Shown: positions 18,370-28,474, counted from the first letter of the stretch. The stretch: DNA of 30,335 nt from Candidatus Shapirobacteria bacterium (GCA_030667285.1 DAOUWE010000001.1:1-30335); one strand, 5' to 3'. The notes: a model not told the origin generated them from the letters alone. Numbers and translations are program-made.

Positions 18370-19920
18370 ATGCTAAAATTAACTGTGATCAAAAAACTCT
18401 TATATCTTTCTCTTGCTCTTTTCCTTCTTTTTCCACTCATTAAACTGACCCGACCCCTCATTGCTAGTACCAATCTAGACGACTACGCCCAAATCATTGG
18501 TGAAAACCAAGAAGACCCTAGTCTTGAAGGTTTCACCAACTCCAGTCTTTCAAACACCATCTTTTCTTTAAATCTCGGCTTAGCCGGCAATCCCTACGAT
18601 CCTGAAAATCAACCCGGCGCCCTAAGGTCCGTAAGTAACTACATCGCCGCCATCTATCAACATCCTCCTGCCTCATTTCAAGTTTATTACGCCGATTTAA
18701 AAAGTAATTTTCTAGGCAAACCTGCTTATGCCCAGGGCGGAATAGGTTTCACTGGCCTTCAGCCCATTCTTCCTATCTGGAAAGCTTTCCGAAATATCAC
18801 TTATTCCCTTTCTGCCATAGTTTTCGTTGTTCTGGGAATCATGATCATGTTTAGGGTTAAAATTTCCCCTCAAGCCGTTCTCACCATTCAGGCCGCCATA
18901 CCCAAAGTCATCATCACTCTCATTCTCATTACTTTCTCTTATGCTATTGCCGGTCTTATTATTGACTTCAGTTATCTCATTGTCGCCCTCGTTCTCACTA
19001 CTCTTCAGGCCTCCGGTCTTTCTATCGGCGGTCAAACCATTCCTGACTTAACCCAAGCCGGCTTCATAGACATGTTTCAACTCATGTTCCGTGCCCTACC
19101 CGTGGCTTCTATCGCTCTTTTTTCCGGGATTCTTGGCGGCATTATCGGAGGAATTGCAGGAACAGTTATACCAACAGGAATCACCACCGTAGCTGGCGCT
19201 CTCATTGGTATTCCCGCAGGAACCGCCATCTTTTCCCTTATTTTTCTCATTCTTCTTCTTATCTGGCTCACAAAATTCTTCTTCGGTCTCATTAAATGTT
19301 ACATGCAAATCATATTAAAAATCATTCTCGCTCCTTTTGAAATCGGTATCGGTGCTTTCCCTGGAATCCAGGCCGGTTTCGGCAACTGGCTCAAGGGCTT
19401 AATTGCTAATCTAGCTGTTTTTCCCATCTCCATCCTTTTTATGGTCATCGTCAATTCAATTATCGAGTCCACTCAATCTGGATCTCCTATCTGGGCTCCA
19501 TCCCTTATTGCTGGTGGTGATCTAGATAGAAACCCCATACTATACCTGGTGTCCGGAGGATTTGTACCGGTAGCTATCGGCATTGGTGCCGTCATGATAC
19601 TTTCCAAACTTCCCGATCTCATCCCTCAAGCCATCTTTGCTATCAAACCTTCTCCCTTCGGCTCCGCCATCGGCGAAAATCTTCAAGGTCCTGCTGGCCT
19701 GCTAAAAACTGGAGTAACGACAGGAGCCTTTCAAGGAGCAGATTCCGCCTTAGATTTCTATAAAGATACTGGCAAAAGTGCTATGGCAGACCGCATTAAC
19801 ACTGGTCTCAGAAAAGTTGGTAGTAGTAAAAAAATAACAGAAAAAAAAGCAGGAAAACTAGCAGGCGTCCTCCAGCGAGGTCTCCGTGGTATGGGTAAAA
19901 GCCAAGGGCAAAATTACTAA
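18370..19920 (+). CDS. VirB6/TrbL-like polytopic membrane protein
   Basis: W..FRNI.Y.L..IVFV.LG.MIMFR, Q.AIPKV.I.LILITFSY.I.G..ID, IILAPF.I..G..P, W.K.L.A.L..FP, LPDLI pattern. Context downstream of the pilin array. Confidence 0.65.
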   Translation: MLKLTVIKKLLYLSLALFLLFPLIKLTRPLIASTNLDDYAQIIGENQEDPSLEGFTNSSLSNTIFSLNLGLAGNPYDPENQPGALRSVSNYIAAIYQHPPASFQVYYADLKSNFLGKPAYAQGGIGFTGLQPILPIWKAFRNITYSLSAIVFVVLGIMIMFRVKISPQAVLTIQAAIPKVIITLILITFSYAIAGLIIDFSYLIVALVLTTLQASGLSIGGQTIPDLTQAGFIDMFQLMFRALPVASIALFSGILGGIIGGIAGTVIPTGITTVAGALIGIPAGTAIFSLIFLILLLIWLTKFFFGLIKCYMQIILKIILAPFEIGIGAFPGIQAGFGNWLKGLIANLAVFPISILFMVIVNSIIESTQSGSPIWAPSLIAGGDLDRNPILYLVSGGFVPVAIGIGAVMILSKLPDLIPQAIFAIKPSPFGSAIGENLQGPAGLLKTGVTTGAFQGADSALDFYKDTGKSAMADRINTGLRKVGSSKKITEKKAGKLAGVLQRGLRGMGKSQGQNY

Positions 19921-19960
19921 AACAAACTCAACAAAAGTCTTAAAAAAGAATTATCTCTTC

Positions 19961-22330
19961 CTATACCGCATCCTGCATATAATTTCCAAACCTCGCATAG
20001 TCAGGTATTTTTCTCCCCTTCTTATACTTACCAACATCCTTCGAAGAATTATTAATTATTTCCTTCCACACCTTGTTTTTATCAGACTCCACGCCACCTC
20101 CGGACCAACCACGGCCCTCTGTCATCATTTTCACCAAAGACTCAGGGTCTTCTTTAGGATCCTGGCCAAGAATCTTTCTCAATGTACCTGAAACCTTGTC
20201 TTCACCAACCTCGTCTTCCTTCCAAACTCTCTCCTCCGTCAAAATTCCCTCCGCATCATCATCCTCAACCATCCTCATCATCAACCAAAATTGCTGCGAT
20301 GTAAACACATTATTATACAAACAAAGTCTTTCATACATAATACTCGGCAACTTATCCCAAACACCCCTAATCTCAGGATTTTCAAGATAACCCCCTGCTG
20401 ACACCGCCGATCTTTTCGCTCCTCTGACAAAATCCGCAAGCAAATTCACCATATTTCTCTTACCCTCGATACCTTTCGCCGCTTTAGCCGCCTCAACTCT
20501 TTTTTTTCCTTCATCAGACAAAGAAGGGTCTTCCTCGTCTGTCATGGCCAAATAAGGAGGATGTTCCTTCGATCCATAAGGAGTTTGTTGCCAAGCCTTG
20601 TTCAAACCAATTATCAGCTCGGACATTTCCTGTATTAAGCGTTCCGGTCCACCTCCCAACTCTTTAATCACATCTATCCTTCCCGCAATTAAATTATCCA
20701 ACTTGTCTTGAATTTGAGCCGCTCTAAAAGCAAAAAGCATCGCCAAAAAATGCTGTTGATTCTGCATATTGTCAATAAAATCCGCCATCGTATATTCTGC
20801 CCCCCCGGCAACATTACCAGTAATCAAAGCCTCCAAAGCGCTCATCTCAAGATAAGTCTTTTTTCCTCCTCTAACAACCACTGCCTGAGTATATTCCAAA
20901 AGATTAGCTGTTAACTTCTCTTTCAAAGCATAGGCCACACCTGGCCTTGGACCTTTCCTGCCTTTTTCAATTTCGCCCATCTTTCTCTTTCTCAACTCAA
21001 AAGCTTTTTCTGACATATCACTCCCTCCAAAATCATACAAACTCCCGTTCCCTTTCACTTCTACGTACAAATCCTCAGCCTTTTCTATTTTTATATCCAA
21101 TTTCTCACCTGTCCTTCTATCTCTCAAAACAGAATTTGATCCTAGTTTGGTAATTTCACTCAAAAACATTGCCAAACTAACCCCCAACTCGGCCAACTGC
21201 AAAGAATTACCTGTCTCTTCTCCTAGCTCTTCCACTACCAAATCCTCCCAGTCTTCTAAAAACTTATCACGCTCAGCCGGCGTATACTTCCCCGCCGCTA
21301 AACTCAACACATGTCCCTTCTTTGTAAACAAAGGACTGTCATGCTTGGGTCCCATTATTTCCTCCTCCACCTCTTTACCCTCCTTAAGAACTTTCTCAGT
21401 TCCTATAACTTCTGTGTCAGGGGGACACTCCAACTGGCAAAGCATTCTTGAAGCCGAAGTCACCGCCACATTCAAATCATCAGACAAACTTAAAAACCTT
21501 AACAAATGAGTCGGAATCTCCATGCTGTGAGGATTCGTAAAAATCTTAACTATCCCTCCAATATCCGACTCCATCTTCACCAAATCATGCAACCAACTTA
21601 CTGACAAACCTAAACCAACCACTGCCTGCTCAACCTTAGTCAGCTCTCTTCTTTTTTCTCTAAGCCTTCTTTTCAATTCTTTTCTATTATCAATACCTCT
21701 AACCGAAACAGTGTCATGACTCTCTCTAGCTAAAAGAAGATTCAGTAAGTAACCATCCAGTCTGTCACCCAAAACAGCTACATTCATCCCTTCCATAACT
21801 ACTCTCATCGAGGCGTTACTCACAATCCCCAAAGTTTGATCATCAACCTCCTCAATTCCTGCCTCATCCAACGCCTCTAAAGCCCCTTCTTTCATTTTCT
21901 TTTCTTTCTCTTCAGCAACTTCCTTTTTCACCAATCCCGTTTGGTATCCCCCCATCAATTGGATACCATAACCAGGCTCTAATCCATGCAATTCATTGCA
22001 AGCATCAACCGCATCCTTCCACAAAAGAGCCTGTCCCGTGCTAGTTGCCCAACTCAAGGTTGCATCAATTTCTCTAAACTTTGTCCTCACCCCAGAATCA
22101 ACTAAAATTGCTGGTAAAGCCACGTTAGCCAAACCACCATTCCAATCCCGCCCTTCAGGCATGGCAGTCAAAGCTCCGAAAGCCCTTTCTGCATTTCTAT
22201 AGATATAACCCGCCTGTGTAACCACATTCTCCCCTCTTTGTTTTTCTCTCCAATTGCTTCCACTCTTACCGCCCTCAAAATACTCTTTCATTTCCTCATT
22301 ACCCGGCCTATTTCCTGGTTCTGGTGTCAT
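19961..22330 (-). CDS. Large soluble hypothetical protein (about 789 aa)
   Basis: Long ORF with - strand codon bias; ATG 22330 is 7 nt after TATAAT. No motif recognised. Confidence 0.8.
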   Translation of the reverse strand: MTPEPGNRPGNEEMKEYFEGGKSGSNWREKQRGENVVTQAGYIYRNAERAFGALTAMPEGRDWNGGLANVALPAILVDSGVRTKFREIDATLSWATSTGQALLWKDAVDACNELHGLEPGYGIQLMGGYQTGLVKKEVAEEKEKKMKEGALEALDEAGIEEVDDQTLGIVSNASMRVVMEGMNVAVLGDRLDGYLLNLLLARESHDTVSVRGIDNRKELKRRLREKRRELTKVEQAVVGLGLSVSWLHDLVKMESDIGGIVKIFTNPHSMEIPTHLLRFLSLSDDLNVAVTSASRMLCQLECPPDTEVIGTEKVLKEGKEVEEEIMGPKHDSPLFTKKGHVLSLAAGKYTPAERDKFLEDWEDLVVEELGEETGNSLQLAELGVSLAMFLSEITKLGSNSVLRDRRTGEKLDIKIEKAEDLYVEVKGNGSLYDFGGSDMSEKAFELRKRKMGEIEKGRKGPRPGVAYALKEKLTANLLEYTQAVVVRGGKKTYLEMSALEALITGNVAGGAEYTMADFIDNMQNQQHFLAMLFAFRAAQIQDKLDNLIAGRIDVIKELGGGPERLIQEMSELIIGLNKAWQQTPYGSKEHPPYLAMTDEEDPSLSDEGKKRVEAAKAAKGIEGKRNMVNLLADFVRGAKRSAVSAGGYLENPEIRGVWDKLPSIMYERLCLYNNVFTSQQFWLMMRMVEDDDAEGILTEERVWKEDEVGEDKVSGTLRKILGQDPKEDPESLVKMMTEGRGWSGGGVESDKNKVWKEIINNSSKDVGKYKKGRKIPDYARFGNYMQDAV

Positions 22331-22337
22331 CAATCAG

Positions 22338-22382
22338 ATTATACCCAAATTATACCCAAAAAACCAGAAAAATATGTATAAT
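22338..22382. promoter_or_regulatory. Divergent promoter region with 11-nt tandem repeat (attatacccaa x2)
   Basis: Each repeat unit gives TATAAT on the - strand (22343-22338, 22354-22349). TATAAT on + at 22377-22382, 6 nt before ATG 22389. Confidence 0.6.
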
Positions 22383-22388
22383 AAACTC

Positions 22389-22673
22389 ATGACCAAACTA
22401 GGCAATTTAGACCCTCAAAAAACAATCTATATTGGCAACCTTCCGGAAAACATCAAAAAGGAAGACATCAATAAACTACTTTCAGTTTTTGGAGAAATCA
22501 CAAACATCGTCATCCTTCCCGACCCGGAAAATCCTCAAAAACTCCGAGATTTTGCTTTCACTAGCTTCAAGTCAATCACTTCAGCCGAAAAAGCCATTAA
22601 AAAACTAGACAAGACAAAATATAAAGAAAAAATTCTGATTCTCGAACTGCTTGACAATATAAAACTCGATTAA
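22389..22673 (+). CDS. Single-RRM RNA-binding protein (94 aa)
   Basis: RNP2 IYIGNL, FGEI..I, RNP1-like RDFAFTSF, AEKAIKKLD. Start reassigned from the track's 22254, which overlaps the divergent gene. Confidence 0.88.
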   Translation: MTKLGNLDPQKTIYIGNLPENIKKEDINKLLSVFGEITNIVILPDPENPQKLRDFAFTSFKSITSAEKAIKKLDKTKYKEKILILELLDNIKLD

Positions 22674-22721
22674 CCTCTCAGCCTCTTTATTTCTTTTCCT
22701 TCCAGGTTATATACTTATCCC

Positions 22722-24425
22722 ATGGACAACCCCACCAACTCCAACTCCCCACCCTCAGATCCAAAATATCTAGGCACCAAAGAAGCCATTGAACTCCACG
22801 TTCGTGCCTACCATTCCGCTTTAAAAGGCGCCTCTCAAGTTACTGTCAGTTCCCTAGCCAACCTCTACAGAAAAACCACCCCCACTCTCCACCCCCTAGT
22901 AGAAAATCCGGACGTAGTCGACACCTCCCCTCTTATTTACTCCTTCCTCCGCCTCCCCTCCTGCATCGATCACTGTCAAAAAATCATCATGGGCCAAATG
23001 CCGGAAGTCTTCACCGAACAAGGCTATGAAAACGTTGACAAATGGCCTCGTGTTACCACTCAAGCCCGCCGGCGCATCATGCACTACTCTCCCTCCAAAA
23101 AAACTCTCGCCTGTTTCATCACCTCCATCTCCGACATTGACGACATCGTCAACCTTACCATCGCCCTCCAATTAGAATGGAACAAATTTCATACTTTGTT
23201 AAATAAACACTTCAAAACTTTCAATCAAGTTACTCAATCCATAAAAAAAGAAGGCCATCTTGCTCTCGTTGGTCTTGACCAAAACGAATTCCCCAAACTT
23301 AAACACGCTCTGGGGAAAAAATGGAAAGAACGCTTAAAAAACATCTATCACCGAAAACTAAACCTCCATTTTCAATTACTAGCCGGGTCCTGGATCGACT
23401 ACAGCAAGGCTGTTCAAAAATGGTGGAAAAACATTCACTATAAGGCTCTAAAAAACAACAAATCTACCCTTAAAACCATTTATATCGTATCCAGCAACAA
23501 TCACTCTGTCATCAATCTTCTCTCCGGCTTCGCTAAAAATAACGAAAAGAAAATTATCTCTTTCATTGAAAAAGAAAAACCTCTACTTTTCAAAGAATAT
23601 CAAAAAATCAAAAACAAACAATTTTTTCTAAACCAAAACGATTTTCTTTATTATTCTTCTCGCTTCCTTCCCAAAAACCTCCGGACCCCTTACCTCAAAA
23701 AACTACAAATAAAAAACATTCCCGCCGGTCATTATCTGGACATCAACACTCAACTCATTCCCGTTTCTGCCATAAATTCCAAAAATATCGATCCCCGTCT
23801 CAAAATCAAAAAAACCGAAAAGCTCAAAAAATCTAACGCTTTAATTTTCAATATAGATTATCCCCTGGGCTTCTCTGCTTACCACGTTCTGAACAAACTC
23901 TTGGAACACGTCAAAAAAATAAAAGGAGTTTATATCATCGGCAAGGCCGCCGTTTTAAACTCTGAAACCGGTGACATTCAAATTCCCAAAGGTGTTTTTG
24001 ACGAACATTCTCAAAACACCTATCTCATAAACAATTATTTCAATCACGAATTTAAACACCAAAGCAATCTTGGTTCTATTCTCAAAAACCAAAAATCTGT
24101 CTCTGTCCTCGGAACCTATCTTCAAAACCAAGCTCTTCTGGAAATCTACTCCAAAAACAACTTCACTGTCATTGAAATGGAGAACGGACCCTATCTTTCC
24201 GCCATTACCGAAGCCGTCTATCCTCAACAGGTACCCAAAAATACCATTGTCGACTTAAACGCCCTTCCTTTCGATCTGGGAATAATAAACTACACTTCCG
24301 ACACCCCCTACTCCAAAGCCAAAAACCTCGGCGCCCACCGCCTTACTCTCGATGGTATCGAACCTGTCTATCTAGCCACCAGAGCCGTTCTTCAGCGTAT
24401 CATCGATCTTGAAGAATCCTCCTAA
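22722..24425 (+). CDS. 567-aa protein with C-terminal nucleoside phosphorylase/AMP nucleosidase-like domain (possibly DUF6909-type)
   Basis: IIGKAAVL..GDIQIP, VIEME and NYTSDTP motifs match the PNP/Amn pattern (GxxG..GD, (D/E)ME, SDxP). TATACT 6 nt before ATG. Confidence 0.55.
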   Translation: MDNPTNSNSPPSDPKYLGTKEAIELHVRAYHSALKGASQVTVSSLANLYRKTTPTLHPLVENPDVVDTSPLIYSFLRLPSCIDHCQKIIMGQMPEVFTEQGYENVDKWPRVTTQARRRIMHYSPSKKTLACFITSISDIDDIVNLTIALQLEWNKFHTLLNKHFKTFNQVTQSIKKEGHLALVGLDQNEFPKLKHALGKKWKERLKNIYHRKLNLHFQLLAGSWIDYSKAVQKWWKNIHYKALKNNKSTLKTIYIVSSNNHSVINLLSGFAKNNEKKIISFIEKEKPLLFKEYQKIKNKQFFLNQNDFLYYSSRFLPKNLRTPYLKKLQIKNIPAGHYLDINTQLIPVSAINSKNIDPRLKIKKTEKLKKSNALIFNIDYPLGFSAYHVLNKLLEHVKKIKGVYIIGKAAVLNSETGDIQIPKGVFDEHSQNTYLINNYFNHEFKHQSNLGSILKNQKSVSVLGTYLQNQALLEIYSKNNFTVIEMENGPYLSAITEAVYPQQVPKNTIVDLNALPFDLGIINYTSDTPYSKAKNLGAHRLTLDGIEPVYLATRAVLQRIIDLEESS

Positions 24426-26347
24426 CTCATCAACTTCTCAAAATCTTCCTGCTCCAAAGTCTCCACTTCTAAAAGTCTCTCTGCCACCTTGTTTAGTTTT
24501 TCTCTTTCTTTTTTCAAAACCCCCTCTGCTTTTTTACTCGCTTTCTCTATTATTTTCATTACCTCCGCATCAATCTTTGTCTTCATTTCATCCGAAACAT
24601 CCAGATTCTGCTTAATCGATCTTCCCTGATCCCCCATACTTAATCTTGAACCAAAGCTAACTAACCCCAAATCACTCATCCCCCACTCCAAAACCATCAT
24701 CCGAGCAATTCTCGAAGCCTGCTGTAGGTCACTCGCCGCTCCGGTTGTAATCTCCGAAAACACTATCTTTTCCGCCACTCTTCCTCCCATCAAACTGACA
24801 ATTTGATCTAATAATTTTGTTTTAGTCTCATGTATCACATCTTTTTGAGGGGGTATTAACGTAAATCCAAGAGCCATTCCTCTGCTCACTATCGATACTC
24901 TGTGCACCGGATCCATTCCCGGTAAACTATGAGTCACTACCGCATGTCCTGCCTCATGATAAGCCGTAATCTTTTTATCCAATTCCGTCTGCACTCTCCT
25001 TTTTCTCGGCCCCATTTTTACCTTCAAAGCCGCTTCTTCAATATCAGAAAAACTAATTGTCTTTTTTTCGTTCTTGGCCGCCAAAATCGCCGCCTCGTTC
25101 AACATATTCTCAATATCCGCCCCGGAAAATCCGACTGTTCTTCTAGCTACTGCTTCCCAATCCACTGTTCTAGAAAACTTCTTACCCCGGGCATGAATTT
25201 TAATAATTGCCTGTCTGTCTTTAATATCCGGCATATCCAACATCACTCTTCTGTCAAACCTCCCCGGTCTCAAAAGTGCTGAATCCAAAAGATCTCCTCG
25301 ATTAGTTGCCGCCAAAACTATCACGTTCGTATTAGCCTCAAATCCATCCATCTCCACTAAAATCTGATTCAAAGTCTGTTCTCTTTCATCATGTCCTCCT
25401 CCAACTCCATAACCCCTCGAGCGACCAATCGCATCTATTTCATCTATAAAAATTATTGCTCTTTTTGTTTTTTTAGCCGTCGCAAAAAGATCTCTCACCC
25501 TACTGGCCCCCACTCCCACCAACATCTCCATAAACTCTGATCCCGCCATTGAAAAAAACGACACGTCTGCCTCGCCGGCCACCGCCCGTGCCAACAAAGT
25601 TTTTCCAACTCCACTCGGACCCACCAACAAAACTCCCTTAGGAATCCTGGCTCCCATTTTTCTATATTTTTCCGGCTTTCTTAAAAAATCTACTACTTCT
25701 TCTAATTCTTGTTTTGCCTCCTCCACTCCGGCCACATCTTTGAATGTTATTTTTTGTTTCCCTTTAACAAAAAGCTTCGCCTTCGATTTTCCAAAATTAA
25801 ATACTCCTCCTTGAGCTCGACTAGCTTGTTTGAAAATATAATAAATAAAAAGAATCGGCAAACCAATTGAGAAAAGATTTAAAAGCACCGTCCCAAAAGT
25901 CTTTAAACCGGACATATTGTCTACTTCAAAATTCACTGATGACGGATCGACTCCCTCATCGGACAAAAGTTCAGCAAAAGAAACCGTTGTTTCTTTCTCT
26001 GTCGTTATTATTCCCGCTTCGTCATTTAACTCCAATGAAATCTTGTCTCCTGTCACCTTAATCGACTCCACTCTTCCCTCTTTTATATCTCTTATCGCTT
26101 CTGATAAGCTGACTTCCGATACTTCCGGCCCCACCAAAGTTACTATTATTCCCAAAAAGTAAAAACCCAACAATAAATACAGTACCCATCTCATTACATT
26201 TTTCGGACTAATCACCACCATCTTTTTCACCTTCATCCCTTTAGGCAACCTGCTCTTTATTTCTTTAGGCAAATTATCCCACCCCAAACTGGCCTTCTTT
26301 GGCTCCTTCTTTTCATTTTTTCCCTTTCCCTCCTCGTTTTTTTCCAC
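24422..26347 (-). CDS. ftsH: ATP-dependent zinc metalloprotease FtsH
   Basis: Two TM helices, Walker [14 protein letters not shown]-type pore loop ([13 protein letters not shown]), Walker B IFIDEID, SRH ATNR...[14 protein letters not shown]. Start placed at in-frame GTG 26347, 5 nt after TGgTAGAAT; the track gives 26362. Confidence 0.97.
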   Translation of the reverse strand: MEKNEEGKGKNEKKEPKKASLGWDNLPKEIKSRLPKGMKVKKMVVISPKNVMRWVLYLLLGFYFLGIIVTLVGPEVSEVSLSEAIRDIKEGRVESIKVTGDKISLELNDEAGIITTEKETTVSFAELLSDEGVDPSSVNFEVDNMSGLKTFGTVLLNLFSIGLPILFIYYIFKQASRAQGGVFNFGKSKAKLFVKGKQKITFKDVAGVEEAKQELEEVVDFLRKPEKYRKMGARIPKGVLLVGPSGVGKTLLARAVAGEADVSFFSMAGSEFMEMLVGVGASRVRDLFATAKKTKRAIIFIDEIDAIGRSRGYGVGGGHDEREQTLNQILVEMDGFEANTNVIVLAATNRGDLLDSALLRPGRFDRRVMLDMPDIKDRQAIIKIHARGKKFSRTVDWEAVARRTVGFSGADIENMLNEAAILAAKNEKKTISFSDIEEAALKVKMGPRKRRVQTELDKKITAYHEAGHAVVTHSLPGMDPVHRVSIVSRGMALGFTLIPPQKDVIHETKTKLLDQIVSLMGGRVAEKIVFSEITTGAASDLQQASRIARMMVLEWGMSDLGLVSFGSRLSMGDQGRSIKQNLDVSDEMKTKIDAEVMKIIEKASKKAEGVLKKEREKLNKVAERLLEVETLEQEDFEKLMS

Positions 26348-26417
26348 GCACCATTCTACCACAAACCATACCCAACAAATAGAAACTTCAACCCATATCA
26401 GTTAAACTTATTCACCC

Positions 26418-28175
26418 ATGAAAAAACTTTTCTTTTTCTTCCTTCTTTTTTTCTTCTTATTCTTTAAAAAAAACACTTACGCCATCGCTCCTGTCGGATA
26501 CCTTGACGGTGCCGACGGACAAAAAATTTGGGGTTGGACCAAAGATAATGACTACTCCGGCCCCATCCGTATTCACATCTATATCGACGGAGTACTTGTT
26601 CATCACGAATTAGCTGATACTTACCGAGCCGACGTCGGTTCACACGGATATCGCTGGGACCACTCTCCTCTCGGCGCCGGTGACCATCAAGTCATCGTCT
26701 ACGCCATAGGTGTCGACCAAAACGGCCAACCAAATAACGAAAATCCCGGTCTCAGGGGCTCCCCAAAAACCATTTCTGCTAACTGCAGTCTTCTCACTGG
26801 AAGTCCAAACGAGTGGTGTCGTCACAATCCAAATTACTGGGTAAATCGACAAAAAGACACTAAGCTTCTTTTCAACCAACATATCACTGTTGGTATCAAT
26901 AATTCCTACGGTGGCATAATCTCTCAGCTTTACAATCACGATCATTCAAAAAACATCATTAATGAACACGGCGGAGCCGCCATTCAACTTTCTCTCTGGG
27001 GTTACGATTCCACTGCTCCATCTTGGGGTTGGTTTGCTAAGCAAATGAGTGTTTGTGATCCCACCCCCTACCAAACGGAACAGGAATGTTTATCAAAATA
27101 CTCCGAATGCTGGTCCAAACCAAACGGGGCCAACGTCTGCGACTGTCAAAATATAATCTCCTGTGTTAATTGGGGCGCCGCCGCCCCTTGGAATCCTATT
27201 CAAGCTCAAGCCCAAGGATGTCTTTGGGACCACTCATCCAATGACGTTAATTACTCTTATCAGCCTTCATCGAATTCCTGGGAAATTCGTTTAGACAATC
27301 CTTACAATTTCACCCAAACTGACAGTTTTCAAAACATGAGTTTCGATCAAAAAGTTACCTTGGGAGATGCTTACGCTCGAATCGATTACACCATCCAATA
27401 TTCCGGCCCTTATACCACTGACTCGCATTCTCAAGAAATCCCTGCTATTTTCACCTCTACCGACATAAATTACTACTTCTACTACTACCAAGAAGGCCTC
27501 CCTTACTCCGACCCCAAAAACTCCGTCACCAAGATAGGACCTGTCGAACCCATCGGTCGAGCACTCGCCTTTCCCAATTACACTGGAACCAAGCCTCACT
27601 TTGCTAATCCTACCGAAAAATGGTGGGGGGTCTGTGATCAAACCGAACAACACTGTCTTACCATCGCCACCTCTTCTCCGGAAATCGACAGGGCATCCAT
27701 CAGCACTAAAGACGCTCCGGAGTCAGGCTCTTATCTAACTGCTCTAGGGAGTTTTCATTTCTATCCCAATATGCACAAAGAAATCACAGTTTATCTTTTT
27801 CCCTACAAACACGACGATCTTGTCAACGGGAAAACAATCAGGGAACGAATTTTTGATCTAACCGCTCCTCCTCCCACCTCCACTCCACCCCAACCTACCG
27901 ACACTATCATTCCCACCTCCACTCCCTTCTGTGCTTCTTGTTCGGAATCAAATCCTTCAAAATCAGAAGGGAACAGTAATTGTGACGCTCATCTCAACTT
28001 AACCGATTTCTCTATTTGGTTAGAAATCTATCAAAAAATATTAAAAGGTTCTCCTCTCACTTCTCAAGAACTTTCCTCCGTAGATTTTAATTGCCAAGAA
28101 AACCAAACCACCTACAGCGTCAATCTGACCGACTTCTCTATCTGGCTAGAAAACTACCAAAAGATATTAAATTAA
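26418..28175 (+). CDS. Secreted modular surface protein: Ig-like domain, beta-rich central domain, P/T linker, C-terminal dockerin-like domain
   Basis: Signal peptide; GYLD..GW..D...HIYIDG...A..YRADV..HGY; linker PPPTSTPPQPTDT; duplicated NLTDFSIWLE preceded by GNSNCD and DFNC. Confidence 0.65.
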   Translation: MKKLFFFFLLFFFLFFKKNTYAIAPVGYLDGADGQKIWGWTKDNDYSGPIRIHIYIDGVLVHHELADTYRADVGSHGYRWDHSPLGAGDHQVIVYAIGVDQNGQPNNENPGLRGSPKTISANCSLLTGSPNEWCRHNPNYWVNRQKDTKLLFNQHITVGINNSYGGIISQLYNHDHSKNIINEHGGAAIQLSLWGYDSTAPSWGWFAKQMSVCDPTPYQTEQECLSKYSECWSKPNGANVCDCQNIISCVNWGAAAPWNPIQAQAQGCLWDHSSNDVNYSYQPSSNSWEIRLDNPYNFTQTDSFQNMSFDQKVTLGDAYARIDYTIQYSGPYTTDSHSQEIPAIFTSTDINYYFYYYQEGLPYSDPKNSVTKIGPVEPIGRALAFPNYTGTKPHFANPTEKWWGVCDQTEQHCLTIATSSPEIDRASISTKDAPESGSYLTALGSFHFYPNMHKEITVYLFPYKHDDLVNGKTIRERIFDLTAPPPTSTPPQPTDTIIPTSTPFCASCSESNPSKSEGNSNCDAHLNLTDFSIWLEIYQKILKGSPLTSQELSSVDFNCQENQTTYSVNLTDFSIWLENYQKILN

Positions 28176-28474
28176 TACGATTGTCTCGATAATTCCAAAA
28201 GCCTCTCTCTAGTATCGTTTTTCCCCTCCCTCACTCGAAACTCATGACCACAATCTTCACACTTATAAAAAATCTTAAACCTCCCTTTTTCATAAATCGC
28301 CCTCATCGGTCTCATTAATCCTCCACATTCCGACTTCCTATCTCCCGGAATCTTTTCATCCACATGTTTCCCCCAAAAACAATTCGGACAATGATCCGTG
28401 TATCCATCCCCACCCACCTTCGTACCACACTTTTCGCAAACAAAATCTTCCTTTTTTCTAATAAAATTTCTCAT
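28172..28474 (-). CDS. RNHCP-domain zinc-binding protein
   Basis: F.CEKCG...TDHCPNCFWGKHVD..PGDR.S.CGGLM.P...CEDCG. Confidence 0.88.
   Translation of the reverse strand: MRNFIRKKEDFVCEKCGTKVGGDGYTDHCPNCFWGKHVDEKIPGDRKSECGGLMRPMRAIYEKGRFKIFYKCEDCGHEFRVREGKNDTRERLLELSRQSY

Noticed and set aside
22254-22388. N-terminal extension of the RRM ORF given by the track
   Set aside because: Overlaps the start of the divergent 789-aa gene and the promoter region; the RRM domain starts after ATG 22389.
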